NCBI GenBank assembly: GCA_945897185.1
Contig: CAMDFC010000003.1
Span: 6,078 to 70,077 of the forward strand
Direction: 5' to 3'
Length of the DNA stretch: 64,000 nt
Source: Chitinophaga pinensis
GTDB taxonomy: Bacteria; Bacteroidota; Bacteroidia; Chitinophagales; Chitinophagaceae
The translations under genes were made by a program, and so were the position numbers. Below the pieces are notes generated by a model, which was not told where the DNA came from, searched no databases, and was given only the letters and a program-made list of their open reading frames with translations. Below, one piece after another: positions 1-10,970 of the stretch; the first letter of the stretch is position 1; the number at the start of each line of letters is the position of its first letter.

Positions 1-2
1 AT

Positions 3-887
3 AGAGGAAAAGTTAGAGATGTGTATTCCATTCATAATAGGATACTGGTTATGGTTGCAAGCAACCGAATATCAGCTTTTGATGTTGTTTTGCCCAAACC
101 AATTCCATACAAGGGACAGGTTTTGAACCAGATAGCAGCTTACATGCTCGATCAAACTAAGTCCATTTGCCCAAATTGGTTACTCGCAACACCAGCCCCT
201 ACTGTTTCAATAGGCAAACTTTGCATCCCGTTTAAGATAGAAATGGTGGTTAGGGGCAATTTAGTTGGACATGCCTGGCGTACTTATCAGCAAGGAAAGG
301 TTATTTGTGGTGTGGTAATGCCAGAAGGTCTAAAGGAAAACGACTTTTTCCCTACCCCCATAATTACCCCTTCAACAAAAGCTGCTGCAGGTCATGATGA
401 AGACATTAGTCAAGAGGAGATCATTAAACAAAGTCTTGCTACCCCTGAAGAATGGGAAATCCTTAAAAACTACACATTTGCCCTTTTTGAGAAAGGGAAA
501 GAATTGGCTCAAAAGCAAGGCTTAATCCTTGCGGATACCAAATATGAATTTGGAAAACTAGATGGGAAAATTGTATTGATGGATGAGATTCATACACCTG
601 ATTCATCGCGTTACTTTTTTTCTGATGGTTTTGAAGAACGCCAAACAAGAGGAGAAAGACAATTGCAATTAAGTAAAGAATTTGTTCGTGAGTGGTTGAT
701 TACAAATGATTTTATGGGAAAAACTGGACAATCAGTGCCTGAAATGACGGACGAATGGATAGAAACCATTTCAAAAAGATATATTCAACTTTATGAGAAG
801 CTTATAGGCGCTCCTTTTATACGTGAAGAACTTAGTGAATTGGAAATGATTGAAAAAACTAACGAAGCTTTATCTAAATTAATTTAG
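3..887 (+). CDS. purC: SAICAR synthase, 5'-truncated by window edge
   Basis: Frame is open from position 3 (RGKVRDVY). Motifs [31 protein letters not shown] and [10 protein letters not shown]. Confidence 0.95.
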   Translation, partial: RGKVRDVYSIHNRILVMVASNRISAFDVVLPKPIPYKGQVLNQIAAYMLDQTKSICPNWLLATPAPTVSIGKLCIPFKIEMVVRGNLVGHAWRTYQQGKVICGVVMPEGLKENDFFPTPIITPSTKAAAGHDEDISQEEIIKQSLATPEEWEILKNYTFALFEKGKELAQKQGLILADTKYEFGKLDGKIVLMDEIHTPDSSRYFFSDGFEERQTRGERQLQLSKEFVREWLITNDFMGKTGQSVPEMTDEWIETISKRYIQLYEKLIGAPFIREELSELEMIEKTNEALSKLI

Positions 888-1929
888 GGTCAGCCTTTTT
901 ATTACTGATGTTCGCTATTCTTTGCTTTGATTTATTGAAAATATTTCTTCCTTTGTCAATTCCCTTTCGTTTTTCTTTTTGCTCTTCTTCAGTAAGATGA
1001 ATAAAATCTTGACATTCCTTACTGCAACAACCATCCAATTGCTTTTTACAACCATCACACTGGATGAATAAAAGATGACAAGCACTGTTTGTGCAATTGA
1101 CATGCACATCACATGGAGATCCACAAACATGACAATTTGCAATAACATCATCGGTAATGCGCTCTCCTAGTCTTTCGTCGAAAACAAAATTCTTTCCAAT
1201 GAAATGATTTTCGAGCTGTTTCTCTTTCACTTGGTTAATATAATTGATGATGCCCCCCTCCAGGTGAAAAACATTGTTGTAACCATTGTGAAGCATCCAA
1301 GCACTGGCTTTTTCACAACGAATACCTCCAGTACAATACATTATAATGTTTCGTTCTTTTTCAGATTGAAACATTTCAGCAGCCATGGGTAATTGTTCTC
1401 GAAAAGTGTCACTTGGAATTTCAACTGCGTTTTTAAAACGTCCCACTTCGAACTCATAATGGTTTCTCATATCTATGAGCAAGGTATTCTTGTCTTTCGC
1501 TAATTCGTTAAATTGTAAAGCATTTACATAACTTCCTTTATTTTCCATAGAAAAATTTGGATCATTTATACCGTCTGCCACTATTTTGGTTCTGATTTTT
1601 ATATCCAAAACATAAAAAGAATTATTATTTTCTTCAACTGCCTTGTTCAATCGAAGTGCATTCATTTCAGGATATGCGTAAATGAATTCTTGTAGCTCAT
1701 TAAAGAGATGAGTTGGACAATTCATCTGGGCATTAATACCTTCATTGGCTATATATATTCTTCCATATACATTTAAGCCATTTAGCTTCTTATACCAATC
1801 GTCGCGAAATTGTTTTTGATCTTCAATGGTAAAATAACAATAAAAGGACAGGGTGATTCTTGGAGTATTGTCTGCATTTGCTTTTTCTTTTAGCAACTTG
1901 CGCGACACCCTGTTGTGGAATGTTGACAT
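874..1929 (-). CDS. trhO: tRNA uridine(34) hydroxylase, rhodanese-domain TrhO/YceA family
   Basis: [47 protein letters not shown] and a Cys-rich C-terminal domain. Confidence 0.9.
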   Translation of the reverse strand: MSTFHNRVSRKLLKEKANADNTPRITLSFYCYFTIEDQKQFRDDWYKKLNGLNVYGRIYIANEGINAQMNCPTHLFNELQEFIYAYPEMNALRLNKAVEENNNSFYVLDIKIRTKIVADGINDPNFSMENKGSYVNALQFNELAKDKNTLLIDMRNHYEFEVGRFKNAVEIPSDTFREQLPMAAEMFQSEKERNIIMYCTGGIRCEKASAWMLHNGYNNVFHLEGGIINYINQVKEKQLENHFIGKNFVFDERLGERITDDVIANCHVCGSPCDVHVNCTNSACHLLFIQCDGCKKQLDGCCSKECQDFIHLTEEEQKEKRKGIDKGRNIFNKSKQRIANISNKKADPKLI

Positions 1930-1992
1930 AAATGATTTTAATTTCTAATTATTGAAACCCCAGTTGCAGGCTGGGCAAAATCTATAACATGT

Positions 1993-2000
1993 CAAATTTA
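1993..2000 (-). promoter_or_regulatory. Bacteroidota -7 promoter element (TAAATTTG) upstream of trhO
   Basis: Exact TAnnTTTG match on the minus strand in the intergenic region, 63 nt before the trhO start. Confidence 0.55.
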
Positions 2001-2018
2001 ATTGATTTTTACCGACTA

Positions 2019-4502
2019 TCAATAATCAGTAAACAAAGTAGAAAAACCTTTTATGCCAATTCTAAATCCATTTTGAGGCATGACTGTTTTTCCAAAACCC
2101 CAAATATAATCAATCCTAAATAGCTTAAAAATATTATCTACCCCAACAAATACCTCATAATAGTCCTTGTTTTTTAACCATATTATATTGGTTCCAGTAA
2201 CTATCCTCAAATTTAATTTTCGAATTAATGGAATTTTATTGGTCAATAACCCATTTAATTTATACTCTCCATTCAATTGTAAAAAAATCTTTTCTTTATT
2301 AGATAGTGCATAAAAGGGGGCTACTTGAAAACTTTCTACATACGGTGTAGACTTTCCAGTTAGATTTCCAATAAAATGATTGTAGTCTGGAATTTCTACA
2401 AATTGAGTATTGATAAAACCACCAGTTTCAACCCTGTACTTAAACTCTCCTCCAAGTTTAAAATTAATATCCCCTATTACAGAGAATCGCCATTTATCAA
2501 AATTAGAGTTACTACCCAACACATTTTTTATACCCTTTGTGTATTGAAATCCAAATGTTGGTGTTCTTGAAAATGAATTAACTACCCTATCTGGCAATTC
2601 AATATACTTGGTTCCAGGTCTAAAGCTTATTCTAAATCCAACCAAGAAGGCTTTATTTGATAGCATCGGCTGATTGGAAATTTCCGTAGGATAGTTAGGC
2701 GTAAACTTATTAAATACACTTGAATTACCCCATGCATAACTCGTATCTGTATTTACTAGTGGTGTTCGATTTTGATAATTCACAAAACCATTAAAATCCA
2801 ATCCATTGCCTAATCCTTTTCTATAGGAAACCTGAAAGAAATTGGCCTGATACAATTTCATAAAATTATTGCCATTTATGATGGTGGCAAAAGTATTCAT
2901 GATTTGTGGAATAGGATTGGCATTGTTAAATTGATAAATCCTACTTCCAAATGAAGTAATAATGTTATTTGGATATTTTTTTCCAAAACGGTAATTGGCT
3001 CTTATAAAACCATTGAAGTGTTTATTAGAAACCCCATACCTTAAAACGGGAGTAATAGACAATTGGTTTCTTCCTGTAAACTCTTTTTGAAATGTACCCG
3101 ACAATTGAAGTGCTAATCCTTCGACAGTATTATAACTTACCGATTTTAATAATGGGTCATAGGTATAATTAATTTGCTTATTTCGGTTAATTATTGTTTG
3201 TCCATTAATAATAAGAGCAATAGGATTAATTTTATTTTGGATTTTATCAAGCGAATCCAGATAAACAGGATCTTCTCTTCGTTTCTCAAGGGAATCTTTC
3301 TGTTTAAAATCCCTAACCTCCTCAGAAAGTAAAGGAATGGGTCTTGATATTACCCAAAATGAGTCTGGCTGTTTATTTGATGATGAATCATATTTCATCA
3401 ATACATTTCCAAAAGTCTTCTTATCAAATTCTTTGTTCGTTTGATATTTGCTGTAAACACTCGTAAAATAGCCACCGGCATCAAATCCAAAAAAATTTAT
3501 TTCAGGGTAAATTGTTTGGCTTCCAATCATCCACGTTTGATAAGATACCATCTCATAATGCTGTTCAATTTTTAACTTGTCCACAAATTCAAGTTGGGAT
3601 TCTTTATTCAAACTCAAACTTAGAGAATGAATATTCCATGTGTCATCAACAATTTGAATGTATCCTTCAAACAAAGGCTCGTATTTTCTTTTGGGTATAA
3701 CTTGTATTCTGCTTATTTGAACGCCATTCTCAAAAAAGGCTCCTAAATATTTATAGGTATAGAACGAAAGAGCCCCATCAGCAATTGGAGAAATAAATCC
3801 TCTTGGATTGAAAGATTTTGGCAAACCCACAATATTGTTATAAAAAGAAAGTAACAATGGAGTTGCAAGTCCTAATCCATTGGTTTGACCACTTACTCTG
3901 GTGGACTTAACTACAATTTTTGTTTCAGATGATTCATTTACGTAAACATCAGAAATTGATTCTGATAAAAATATAATTTTCTTTTTTGATGTATCTCCAT
4001 CTTCAAAATCAATTTTTTGTCCAAATAATGAATTAGGATAATTGTTAGTTCGAATCAACCCTTTTATATAGGCTTCACAATAGTAGGCTCCTGCTTTACT
4101 TCCATTGTATTTTCTTTCTTTAATTGCACTTCTAATAATAGCATATGCCGGATCTTTAGCACCTTGTTTTACAACAACTTCCTTTAATGTTAATTCAGTT
4201 GGTTTTAGATAGATGTATAAGTGTTGTGTGTTATTGTTAACAATCAAATCTTCCGATAATGTTGTATAACCAACATGTTGACAAACTAAAGTATAATTTC
4301 CATCAGGTATATCAAAACTGAATTCGCCATTTGAATTAGAAACTGCCTTTTTATCTAATCCCTTTAGTGATATTGTAGTAAACGGTAAGGGTTGTTTTTC
4401 CTCGTCCAATACTTTACCCTTTACTACCCTCGCAAACAATGCAAGAGATGCCAATAGTAGAATCGGAATAAGAATAAGGAATTTTAATTTCACAGTAAGC
4501 AA
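2019..4502 (-). CDS. Carboxypeptidase-regulatory-like domain + DUF5686 outer-membrane protein
   Basis: Signal peptide, N-terminal GKVLDEEKQPLPFTTI..SNSNGEF domain, DPAYAIIRSAI, YYCEAYIKG and a beta-rich C-terminus. Confidence 0.75.
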   Translation of the reverse strand: MLTVKLKFLILIPILLLASLALFARVVKGKVLDEEKQPLPFTTISLKGLDKKAVSNSNGEFSFDIPDGNYTLVCQHVGYTTLSEDLIVNNNTQHLYIYLKPTELTLKEVVVKQGAKDPAYAIIRSAIKERKYNGSKAGAYYCEAYIKGLIRTNNYPNSLFGQKIDFEDGDTSKKKIIFLSESISDVYVNESSETKIVVKSTRVSGQTNGLGLATPLLLSFYNNIVGLPKSFNPRGFISPIADGALSFYTYKYLGAFFENGVQISRIQVIPKRKYEPLFEGYIQIVDDTWNIHSLSLSLNKESQLEFVDKLKIEQHYEMVSYQTWMIGSQTIYPEINFFGFDAGGYFTSVYSKYQTNKEFDKKTFGNVLMKYDSSSNKQPDSFWVISRPIPLLSEEVRDFKQKDSLEKRREDPVYLDSLDKIQNKINPIALIINGQTIINRNKQINYTYDPLLKSVSYNTVEGLALQLSGTFQKEFTGRNQLSITPVLRYGVSNKHFNGFIRANYRFGKKYPNNIITSFGSRIYQFNNANPIPQIMNTFATIINGNNFMKLYQANFFQVSYRKGLGNGLDFNGFVNYQNRTPLVNTDTSYAWGNSSVFNKFTPNYPTEISNQPMLSNKAFLVGFRISFRPGTKYIELPDRVVNSFSRTPTFGFQYTKGIKNVLGSNSNFDKWRFSVIGDINFKLGGEFKYRVETGGFINTQFVEIPDYNHFIGNLTGKSTPYVESFQVAPFYALSNKEKIFLQLNGEYKLNGLLTNKIPLIRKLNLRIVTGTNIIWLKNKDYYEVFVGVDNIFKLFRIDYIWGFGKTVMPQNGFRIGIKGFSTLFTDY

Positions 4503-4503
4503 A

Positions 4504-4857
4504 TCATGATTTCTTTAGAACAATAGCAAACGATCTTCCGGTTAGTGCTGACAAACCTGATACCAATGCTGATATTAAGGCAGACAGGGCAATAATTAGA
4601 TACTCGTTGCTATCCTTAACAACCAGCAAACCAATTTTTTTAGCCAGAATATGGTCGTTGGAAAAACTAACGAAAAAAATCATTGACCCAAACAGAATTA
4701 AACTTCCCAAAAAACAAGATAGAAAAGATAAAAGACGGTGTTGAGGAATAAAAAAACCTGTCAATACCCCTGCAATGGCTACTGACCACCAGGGCAACAT
4801 CAATCCCAATGCATAAGCTAAAAGTGGACAAATCAAAAGGGAAAATATAAATTTCAT
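4504..4857 (-). CDS. Small hydrophobic membrane protein (3-4 TM) downstream of penicillin acylase
   Basis: 117 aa, almost entirely hydrophobic with an LPWW motif; 6-nt gap from the acylase and 1-nt gap to the DUF5686 gene. Confidence 0.7.
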   Translation of the reverse strand: MKFIFSLLICPLLAYALGLMLPWWSVAIAGVLTGFFIPQHRLLSFLSCFLGSLILFGSMIFFVSFSNDHILAKKIGLLVVKDSNEYLIIALSALISALVSGLSALTGRSFAIVLKKS

Positions 4858-4863
4858 AACTAT

Positions 4864-7302
4864 TTATTTAGAGGAAAAACTCATTTTCCATTTGTAATTT
4901 TTTTGTTTGATGTCAGTTTGGTTCATCACCTTTAAATCATAATACTCTCCTTTAGACCATGTATCTACAAAACTATCATAGTATTTACTTCCCGGATTAC
5001 CGCTTTGTCCACCTGGATAAACACCAACAGCTTTTACAGGATTCTCCATTTCAATGATCATTTTCCAACTCGGACCATGATCGTGCATTGTTGCATTAAT
5101 GATGCCACTACCACCTCCAATTTTCAAAGCTTCTCTAGCAAAAGGCATGGTATTGTATTTCAACAAGTGATATACTGTTGTATTTTTGTAAATCCCCCAT
5201 GCTAATTTGTTTTCTTTTTCCAATTCAGCAAATTTTATAGCTGCATTTTTAAGTGAGCGGGTAACTTGGTCTTTTAATGTTTCAAGTTGGTCAGTTTCAA
5301 TATTGTCGATAAAAATAAAATTTGAATCTTTTTGCAAAGCTTCTAGTAAAACAAACTTTTCTGGCTTAATAATTGGAATATTAACCCTTAACAAGTCGTC
5401 ATTTAACACTACAGCACTAAGGGAATCCCACCAAATGGTAAAACAGGTTGGTCCCATTTCATTTATTTCATTATTCAGGTTCCACGAAGCAACCAAATCA
5501 AGATATTTTATCTCAACATCAGTCAATTTTGATCGATCAATATTGTTTAGCAAGATGGGGACTGCCATTTCAGCAAAAACATTATAATTGTTGTTTTGCA
5601 GGTTTTTCATATCAGCAATTGTAATACTGCTCATTGAGGCGAGATTGCGATTGATTGTAATTGGTCTGTATACTTCATAGCTACCTGGCATGAAATAAGG
5701 ATACGTAGTATCCGCAGCCCTTTGGTTTGCACTACTCAAAAATCCTTGAATTGGATTAATACTGTGGGGGTTTTCATTCATTGGAATATATCCTTTCCAC
5801 ATATAGCTGCTATCTGTACCGGGCATAACAAATAAACCTTGGTCTTTCCATCTCAATGGAAAATTTCCTTGTTGCCACAAAGCAATATCTCCGGCAACTG
5901 AAGCAAAAATCATATTTTGTCCAGGTACATTAAAATGTGTAATCGCCTCAGCATAATCATTGTAATTCTTTGCCCTATTTAGAAGTAACCACATTTTCAA
6001 CACATTAGACGTATCATGTGCAACCCATTTAAGCGCATACGCCTTTTCTTCTGAAAGATTTGTTTTAAATGAATGATCATATGTAATTGGACCAAATACA
6101 GTATATGCTACAGTATCTAAAAAAGCAGATGAGTCTTTAACCTTAATATTTTCTAAACGCAAATTGGTTTTTACCCATTGGTTGTTGAATAAGTAGTCTT
6201 GTTTTGATTTATCCTTTAATTGAATTTGGTAATAATCTTTTACATCACGACCAGCATTTGTAAATCCAAATGCAATGCTGTCGTTAAAACCAATTACTAC
6301 ACCTGGAATTCCAGGGAAAGAAACACCATAGGCATTGTATTCTGGGGTACTAATTTGGATCTCATACCAAATAGCAGGTAAGGTCAAATTTAAATGAGGA
6401 TCATTGGCAAGAATTGGTTTACCACTTTTTGTTTTACTACCAGAAACCACCCAGTTGTTACTGCCGTTTGCAGGATTGGGCTTTTCATCTTCTGTGAAAG
6501 AAATGGTGTCTGTCCTTTTAAAATAAAGTGAATCTGCTGTCTCAGGGGGAAGAATTGCAAAAGCTGGCTTTAGATAAGGTGAGTCAGCGGTAATTACTGG
6601 GTACAAAGAATCGGGGATATCAGAATAAAGTAAACGAAATTTCTCCTCCCCTAAAATTTCTAATGCGTTGGTATATTCTAAATCTCGGTCATAACCAGCT
6701 AACGTATTGGTCATTTGTTTGATAAAAAGTGCAGATTTTAAGTTGGTCCATTTTTCAGGTTCATACCCCAAGAGCTTGTACTCAATTGGAAGATCGCTTG
6801 TATTTAATTGAGTGATAAACGAATTAACTCCTGCTGTGTAGGCATCTAATGATGTTCGTGTTTGTGGGTCTTGTTCCATTGCAGACAATGCATTTTCAGC
6901 AGCAAAAACCATTCCTATTCTCCTTTGGTTTCTGTCAAACTGTATACCCTTGCTTCCTACAATTTCACTAATTCTTCCAGCTGCTGCATGTGTTTGAAAC
7001 TCCATTTGCCAAAGACGAAATTTTGCATGCAGGTAACCTTGAACAAAATAGGCGTCTTTTTCTTGTTCTGCGAAAACGTGTGGAACTAAACGTTCATCAA
7101 AATATACATCCACCTTGCCTTCCAGATTTTCTAATTTTAGATTGGCATTGAAATCTTGATTGTTAGGCTCAGCATTTCTCCAAACTCCTTCTTGCAAGCT
7201 AAGGAAGCTTCCCAAGGGAAGTGGAAGTACCTTACGGGTATCAAGTACATAAATTAAAATACCATTTACCAGTATAGAAAGGACCAGAATCAAATATTTC
7301 AT
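4864..7302 (-). CDS. Penicillin acylase family Ntn-hydrolase (penicillin/AHL acylase-like)
   Basis: FVQGYLHAKFRLWQME, catalytic beta-subunit start GSNNW, PILANDPHL, GVSFPG and PGGQSGNPGS; N-terminal membrane anchor. Confidence 0.9.
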   Translation of the reverse strand: MKYLILVLSILVNGILIYVLDTRKVLPLPLGSFLSLQEGVWRNAEPNNQDFNANLKLENLEGKVDVYFDERLVPHVFAEQEKDAYFVQGYLHAKFRLWQMEFQTHAAAGRISEIVGSKGIQFDRNQRRIGMVFAAENALSAMEQDPQTRTSLDAYTAGVNSFITQLNTSDLPIEYKLLGYEPEKWTNLKSALFIKQMTNTLAGYDRDLEYTNALEILGEEKFRLLYSDIPDSLYPVITADSPYLKPAFAILPPETADSLYFKRTDTISFTEDEKPNPANGSNNWVVSGSKTKSGKPILANDPHLNLTLPAIWYEIQISTPEYNAYGVSFPGIPGVVIGFNDSIAFGFTNAGRDVKDYYQIQLKDKSKQDYLFNNQWVKTNLRLENIKVKDSSAFLDTVAYTVFGPITYDHSFKTNLSEEKAYALKWVAHDTSNVLKMWLLLNRAKNYNDYAEAITHFNVPGQNMIFASVAGDIALWQQGNFPLRWKDQGLFVMPGTDSSYMWKGYIPMNENPHSINPIQGFLSSANQRAADTTYPYFMPGSYEVYRPITINRNLASMSSITIADMKNLQNNNYNVFAEMAVPILLNNIDRSKLTDVEIKYLDLVASWNLNNEINEMGPTCFTIWWDSLSAVVLNDDLLRVNIPIIKPEKFVLLEALQKDSNFIFIDNIETDQLETLKDQVTRSLKNAAIKFAELEKENKLAWGIYKNTTVYHLLKYNTMPFAREALKIGGGSGIINATMHDHGPSWKMIIEMENPVKAVGVYPGGQSGNPGSKYYDSFVDTWSKGEYYDLKVMNQTDIKQKNYKWKMSFSSK

Positions 7303-7330
7303 AACTAAAGTGTGTATTTAAAGTTAAGGT

Positions 7331-8302
7331 TTAAATTTCACTGAAATAAGCCAATTCTTTGCTCCAATCCAATTTTGGAAACCGGTTTGCCAAATCCAAA
7401 GACAGGCTTTTGAATTTTGCAATAAAAAGCATGTGTTCATTAGATTCGGGATGCATAGGTTTGTGTTGGATTGCATTATTCAATTGATCAATTTCTTTCA
7501 TCAATTCTCTTGATTTTCCATCAATACAAGCCGTACAAAATTTTGACCATACATATTTAGTAGCCTGGTAGTTGGGATGAACCATGTCTTCAGCATAGAA
7601 CCGATAATCTCTTAAATCATCAATAATTAATTCATAAGAAGGAAAGTAAAATACATCTAAGTTGTTAACAAACTCCCCTACCACATGTAATAAGATTGAC
7701 TTACTTCGGTTGTTTTCAACAAAACCATCGCGTAAATGTCTAACGGGGCTGACGGTAAAAATGATTTTTATGTTCGGATTGATTGATTTTATTTGGAGCA
7801 TCATTTTTTCAAAGCTCTTCTCAATTTCAGAAATCTGCAATAATCGTTTACTGAATTTAGTCGCGGGTACTTTATGACAATTTGCTACAATAAATTGATT
7901 TTCGTACTCGTAAACAAAAGATGTCCCAAGGGTTATTATTAACCAATCGGTTTCTTTTAAAAACAAATGTGCGCTGTTGATTGATTGGTTCATTTTTTCT
8001 ATTGTCAATTCTTTATCAGAATGACTTAAGCTAGAGTGAAAATCCCAATTGTTCCATAACCCATTTTGATTAAAAAGAGATTCATTATCTAAAAGCTTAT
8101 TTTGAGCATAGGTTTCAATTGCACTAAAAATACTGATTGGATTAAAAAGTGTACCGTGGGGATTCTGTAAACATGTAAACTTGTACGATTTAAAATAAGC
8201 ATAGATATGCTCTGTAAAACAAGAGCCAACCATTAGAACTCGATCTTGTACATTAATTTTATTCTGAAAAACGGCAGGATCAAATTCTATTCTAAAATTC
8301 AT
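7331..8302 (-). CDS. GSCFA domain-containing protein (SGNH-hydrolase-like)
   Basis: GSCFT, NPHGTLFNP, ITLGT, ANCHK, TVSPVRH, YFPSYE and DLRDYRFY..DMVHP. Confidence 0.85.
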   Translation of the reverse strand: MNFRIEFDPAVFQNKINVQDRVLMVGSCFTEHIYAYFKSYKFTCLQNPHGTLFNPISIFSAIETYAQNKLLDNESLFNQNGLWNNWDFHSSLSHSDKELTIEKMNQSINSAHLFLKETDWLIITLGTSFVYEYENQFIVANCHKVPATKFSKRLLQISEIEKSFEKMMLQIKSINPNIKIIFTVSPVRHLRDGFVENNRSKSILLHVVGEFVNNLDVFYFPSYELIIDDLRDYRFYAEDMVHPNYQATKYVWSKFCTACIDGKSRELMKEIDQLNNAIQHKPMHPESNEHMLFIAKFKSLSLDLANRFPKLDWSKELAYFSEI

Positions 8303-8316
8303 AATCGATAAGTAGA

Positions 8317-9060
8317 CTATTTAAACATGCGTTGTTTGGATGCTTCAAAAAGAATAATTCCGGTAGCAACACCTACGTTGAATGAATCAAAATTACCTTT
8401 CATTGGGATTGTAAATTTTACATCAGCAGCCTTTGATATGTAATTTTGAATACCCTTGTCCTCACTACCCATTACTATGCAAGAAGGTTGAGTGAAATCA
8501 ACATCAAATAAAACGGTAGTTGCACTCATTTCTGATGTATACACACGAATATCATTGAGATGCAGTGTATCAATCGCTTTCAACAAGCTATTGACCCGGC
8601 AAACCATTATTTTCTGAAGTGCGCCTGCTGAAGACTTTAATGCTTCATCATTAATAGCCCCAATTCCTTTATCAGGAATAATCATCACTTGCGTACCGCA
8701 ACATAAAGAGGATCTCGCAATTGCCCCAATATTTCTAACATCGGTAATGCCATCTAACATTACAAAGAGAGGAATTTCACCACTTGCAATTACATGATCA
8801 ATGGTTTCTTGTAAATCGAGGTATTCGATGATGCTATTAATGCCAATTACACCTTGGTGATTGGCTCTTGTCATTCCGTGTAATTTTTCGATCGGGACTA
8901 CATTAATTGGAACTTGTAGTTTTTGAGCAAGTTGCTTTATGTCTTCAATTCCCTCACCCCCAGCATTTCTTTGAATGTATATCCGTTCTAACAACTGACC
9001 ATCCATTAATGCCTCTAAAACTGGTTGTCTACCTATAATATTTGTTGAACTCTGTTTCAT
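8317..9060 (-). CDS. rlmB: 23S rRNA (Gm2251) 2'-O-methyltransferase, SpoU family
   Basis: NHQGV, LDGITDVRNIGAIARS, VMGSEDKG and IPMKGNFDSFNVGVA SPOUT motifs. Confidence 0.88.
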   Translation of the reverse strand: MKQSSTNIIGRQPVLEALMDGQLLERIYIQRNAGGEGIEDIKQLAQKLQVPINVVPIEKLHGMTRANHQGVIGINSIIEYLDLQETIDHVIASGEIPLFVMLDGITDVRNIGAIARSSLCCGTQVMIIPDKGIGAINDEALKSSAGALQKIMVCRVNSLLKAIDTLHLNDIRVYTSEMSATTVLFDVDFTQPSCIVMGSEDKGIQNYISKAADVKFTIPMKGNFDSFNVGVATGIILFEASKQRMFK

Positions 9061-9618
9061 TTATAAACGATTTTCCAAATGCATAATGTATAATTTCAAA
9101 AGGGCTGCAACAGATATTGAATCTGTTATTTGTTTATTTAAAACCATCTGATAAGCCGCTAACCAGTACATTTTTACCACCCGGATATCCTCTGTTTCTT
9201 CCAAATCCATCATCCCCTCTTTTAAACCCCTAGCAAGATAAACAATTGCTTTCTCATCAGAAACTGAATTGGATAAATGCATTTCCAAAATTTGCTCCCA
9301 ATTATCAGCTTCAAGACCTGTTTCCTCTTTAAGTTCACGTTTGGCAGATACCAAAGGATCAATTGACAGGTCTCCGCCACCTTCAGGAATTTCTAAACTC
9401 TGCTCATTTAATACAAAACGAAACTGTTGAACCATGTAGATATTGCCAAATTCGTCTAGTGGAACGATACCGATTGCAATATTTTTGAAATGCACTTTGC
9501 CATAAATACCATCATTGCCAGATGGATTGATAACTTTAAATTCTATTACCTCAATCCATGGATTGTCGTATTTAGTTGTTTTGTCTTTAATCGACCATTT
9601 ACCGTATTGATGATCCAT
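9061..9618 (-). CDS. NUDIX hydrolase (ADP-ribose pyrophosphatase-like)
   Basis: Nudix box EIPEGG..SAKRELKEETG; QQFRF. Confidence 0.85.
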   Translation of the reverse strand: MDHQYGKWSIKDKTTKYDNPWIEVIEFKVINPSGNDGIYGKVHFKNIAIGIVPLDEFGNIYMVQQFRFVLNEQSLEIPEGGGDLSIDPLVSAKRELKEETGLEADNWEQILEMHLSNSVSDEKAIVYLARGLKEGMMDLEETEDIRVVKMYWLAAYQMVLNKQITDSISVAALLKLYIMHLENRL

Positions 9619-9630
9619 ATTGTAAAAATA

Positions 9631-9658
9631 ATTAAACCCTCCAATTGGAGGGTTTAAT
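9631..9658. terminator. Perfect 28-bp palindrome, probable terminator after metK
   Basis: ATTAAACCCTCCAA/TTGGAGGGTTTAAT; followed by a T-rich tract on the minus strand. Confidence 0.7.
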
Positions 9659-9677
9659 GAATGAAGTTGGACTATTT

Positions 9678-10931
9678 TTATTTTAGTTTAAAAGCCGCTT
9701 TAACTTTTGAAACATAATCAAGTTTTTCCCAAGTAAACAGTTCCACTTTGATGGTTTTAGTTTTACCATCTGGACTATTGAAAGTTTTGACAACGGTTTC
9801 ATTTTTTCTACCCATATGTCCATATGCAGCTGTCTCGCTGTACATAGGTGTTCTCAATTTGAGTCGCTGTTCAATGAAATAAGGGCGCATGTCAAATATC
9901 GATTCAACAATTTTTCCAATCTGACCATCGGTCATGTTTACAGTTGCTGTTCCAAAAGTATTAACACTAATGGATGTTGGTTTAGCAACACCAATTGCAT
10001 AAGAAACTTGAACAAGAATTTCACTGGCTACACCAGCAGCAACCAAGTTTTTTGCAATATGTCGGGTTGCATAAGCTGCTGACCTGTCAACTTTGCTAGG
10101 ATCTTTTCCTGAGAAAGCGCCACCACCATGAGCTCCTTTTCCGCCATAGGTATCAACTATAATTTTTCTTCCAGTTAAACCTGTATCGCCATGCGGACCA
10201 CCAATAACAAACTTTCCTGTTGGATTGATGTGGTATTTGATGTCCTTATTAAAGAGTTTTTTATACTTCTTGTATTTTGCTTTTACACGCGGAATAAGAA
10301 TTTCAATGATGTCATTCTTAATTTTAGCTAACATTTTACCTTCTTTGTCAAAATCATCATGCTGTGTAGAAACAACAATAGTATCAATTCTAACAGGCTC
10401 ATTTTTATCGTTGTACTCTAAAGTAACCTGAGATTTTGCATCTGGACGTAAATATTTTATTTCTTTATTTTCTCTTCTAAGTGCAGCAAGTTCAATTAAC
10501 ACTTTATGTGCCAAGTCGAGCGCCAATGGCATATAATCTTCAGTCTCGTTAGTAGCATAACCGAACATCATCCCTTGATCACCTGCACCTTGATCTTCTT
10601 TCTTTTTACGATCTACACCTTGGTTAATATCAGATGATTGTTCATGTATAGCACTCAAAATTCCACAGCTATTAGCTTCGAACATGTACTCACTTTTGGT
10701 GTAACCTATTTTCTTGATTACACCTCTGGCTATTTCTTGTACATCTAAATAAGCTTTTGACTTTACTTCACCTGCCAAAACAACTTGACCAGTTGTTACA
10801 AGTGTTTCACAAGCCACTTTAGACTGTGGATCAAAAGCCAAAAAATTATCAATTAAAGCATCTGAAATTTGATCAGCTACTTTATCAGGATGTCCTTCAG
10901 ATACACTTTCTGATGTAAATAGGTATGGCAT
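9678..10931 (-). CDS. metK: S-adenosylmethionine synthetase
   Basis: [40 protein letters not shown] and [10 protein letters not shown]. Confidence 0.98.
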   Translation of the reverse strand: MPYLFTSESVSEGHPDKVADQISDALIDNFLAFDPQSKVACETLVTTGQVVLAGEVKSKAYLDVQEIARGVIKKIGYTKSEYMFEANSCGILSAIHEQSSDINQGVDRKKKEDQGAGDQGMMFGYATNETEDYMPLALDLAHKVLIELAALRRENKEIKYLRPDAKSQVTLEYNDKNEPVRIDTIVVSTQHDDFDKEGKMLAKIKNDIIEILIPRVKAKYKKYKKLFNKDIKYHINPTGKFVIGGPHGDTGLTGRKIIVDTYGGKGAHGGGAFSGKDPSKVDRSAAYATRHIAKNLVAAGVASEILVQVSYAIGVAKPTSISVNTFGTATVNMTDGQIGKIVESIFDMRPYFIEQRLKLRTPMYSETAAYGHMGRKNETVVKTFNSPDGKTKTIKVELFTWEKLDYVSKVKAAFKLK

Positions 10932-10952
10932 ATTTAGTTATTGTTATTTTTG

Positions 10953-10960
10953 CAAATATA
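10953..10960 (-). promoter_or_regulatory. -7 promoter element (TATATTTG) for metK
   Basis: Exact TAnnTTTG match 21 nt upstream of the metK ATG. Confidence 0.65.
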
Positions 10961-10970
10961 TAAATGAATC

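Noticed and set aside
1959-1975. CCCAG...CTGGG hairpin in the trhO leader
   Set aside because: A 5-bp stem with a weak U-tract; cannot be distinguished from chance.
10932-10970. SAM riboswitch upstream of metK, as often found in Bacteroidota
   Set aside because: The spacer is only 39 nt and a promoter element sits 21 nt from the ATG, so there is no room for an aptamer.
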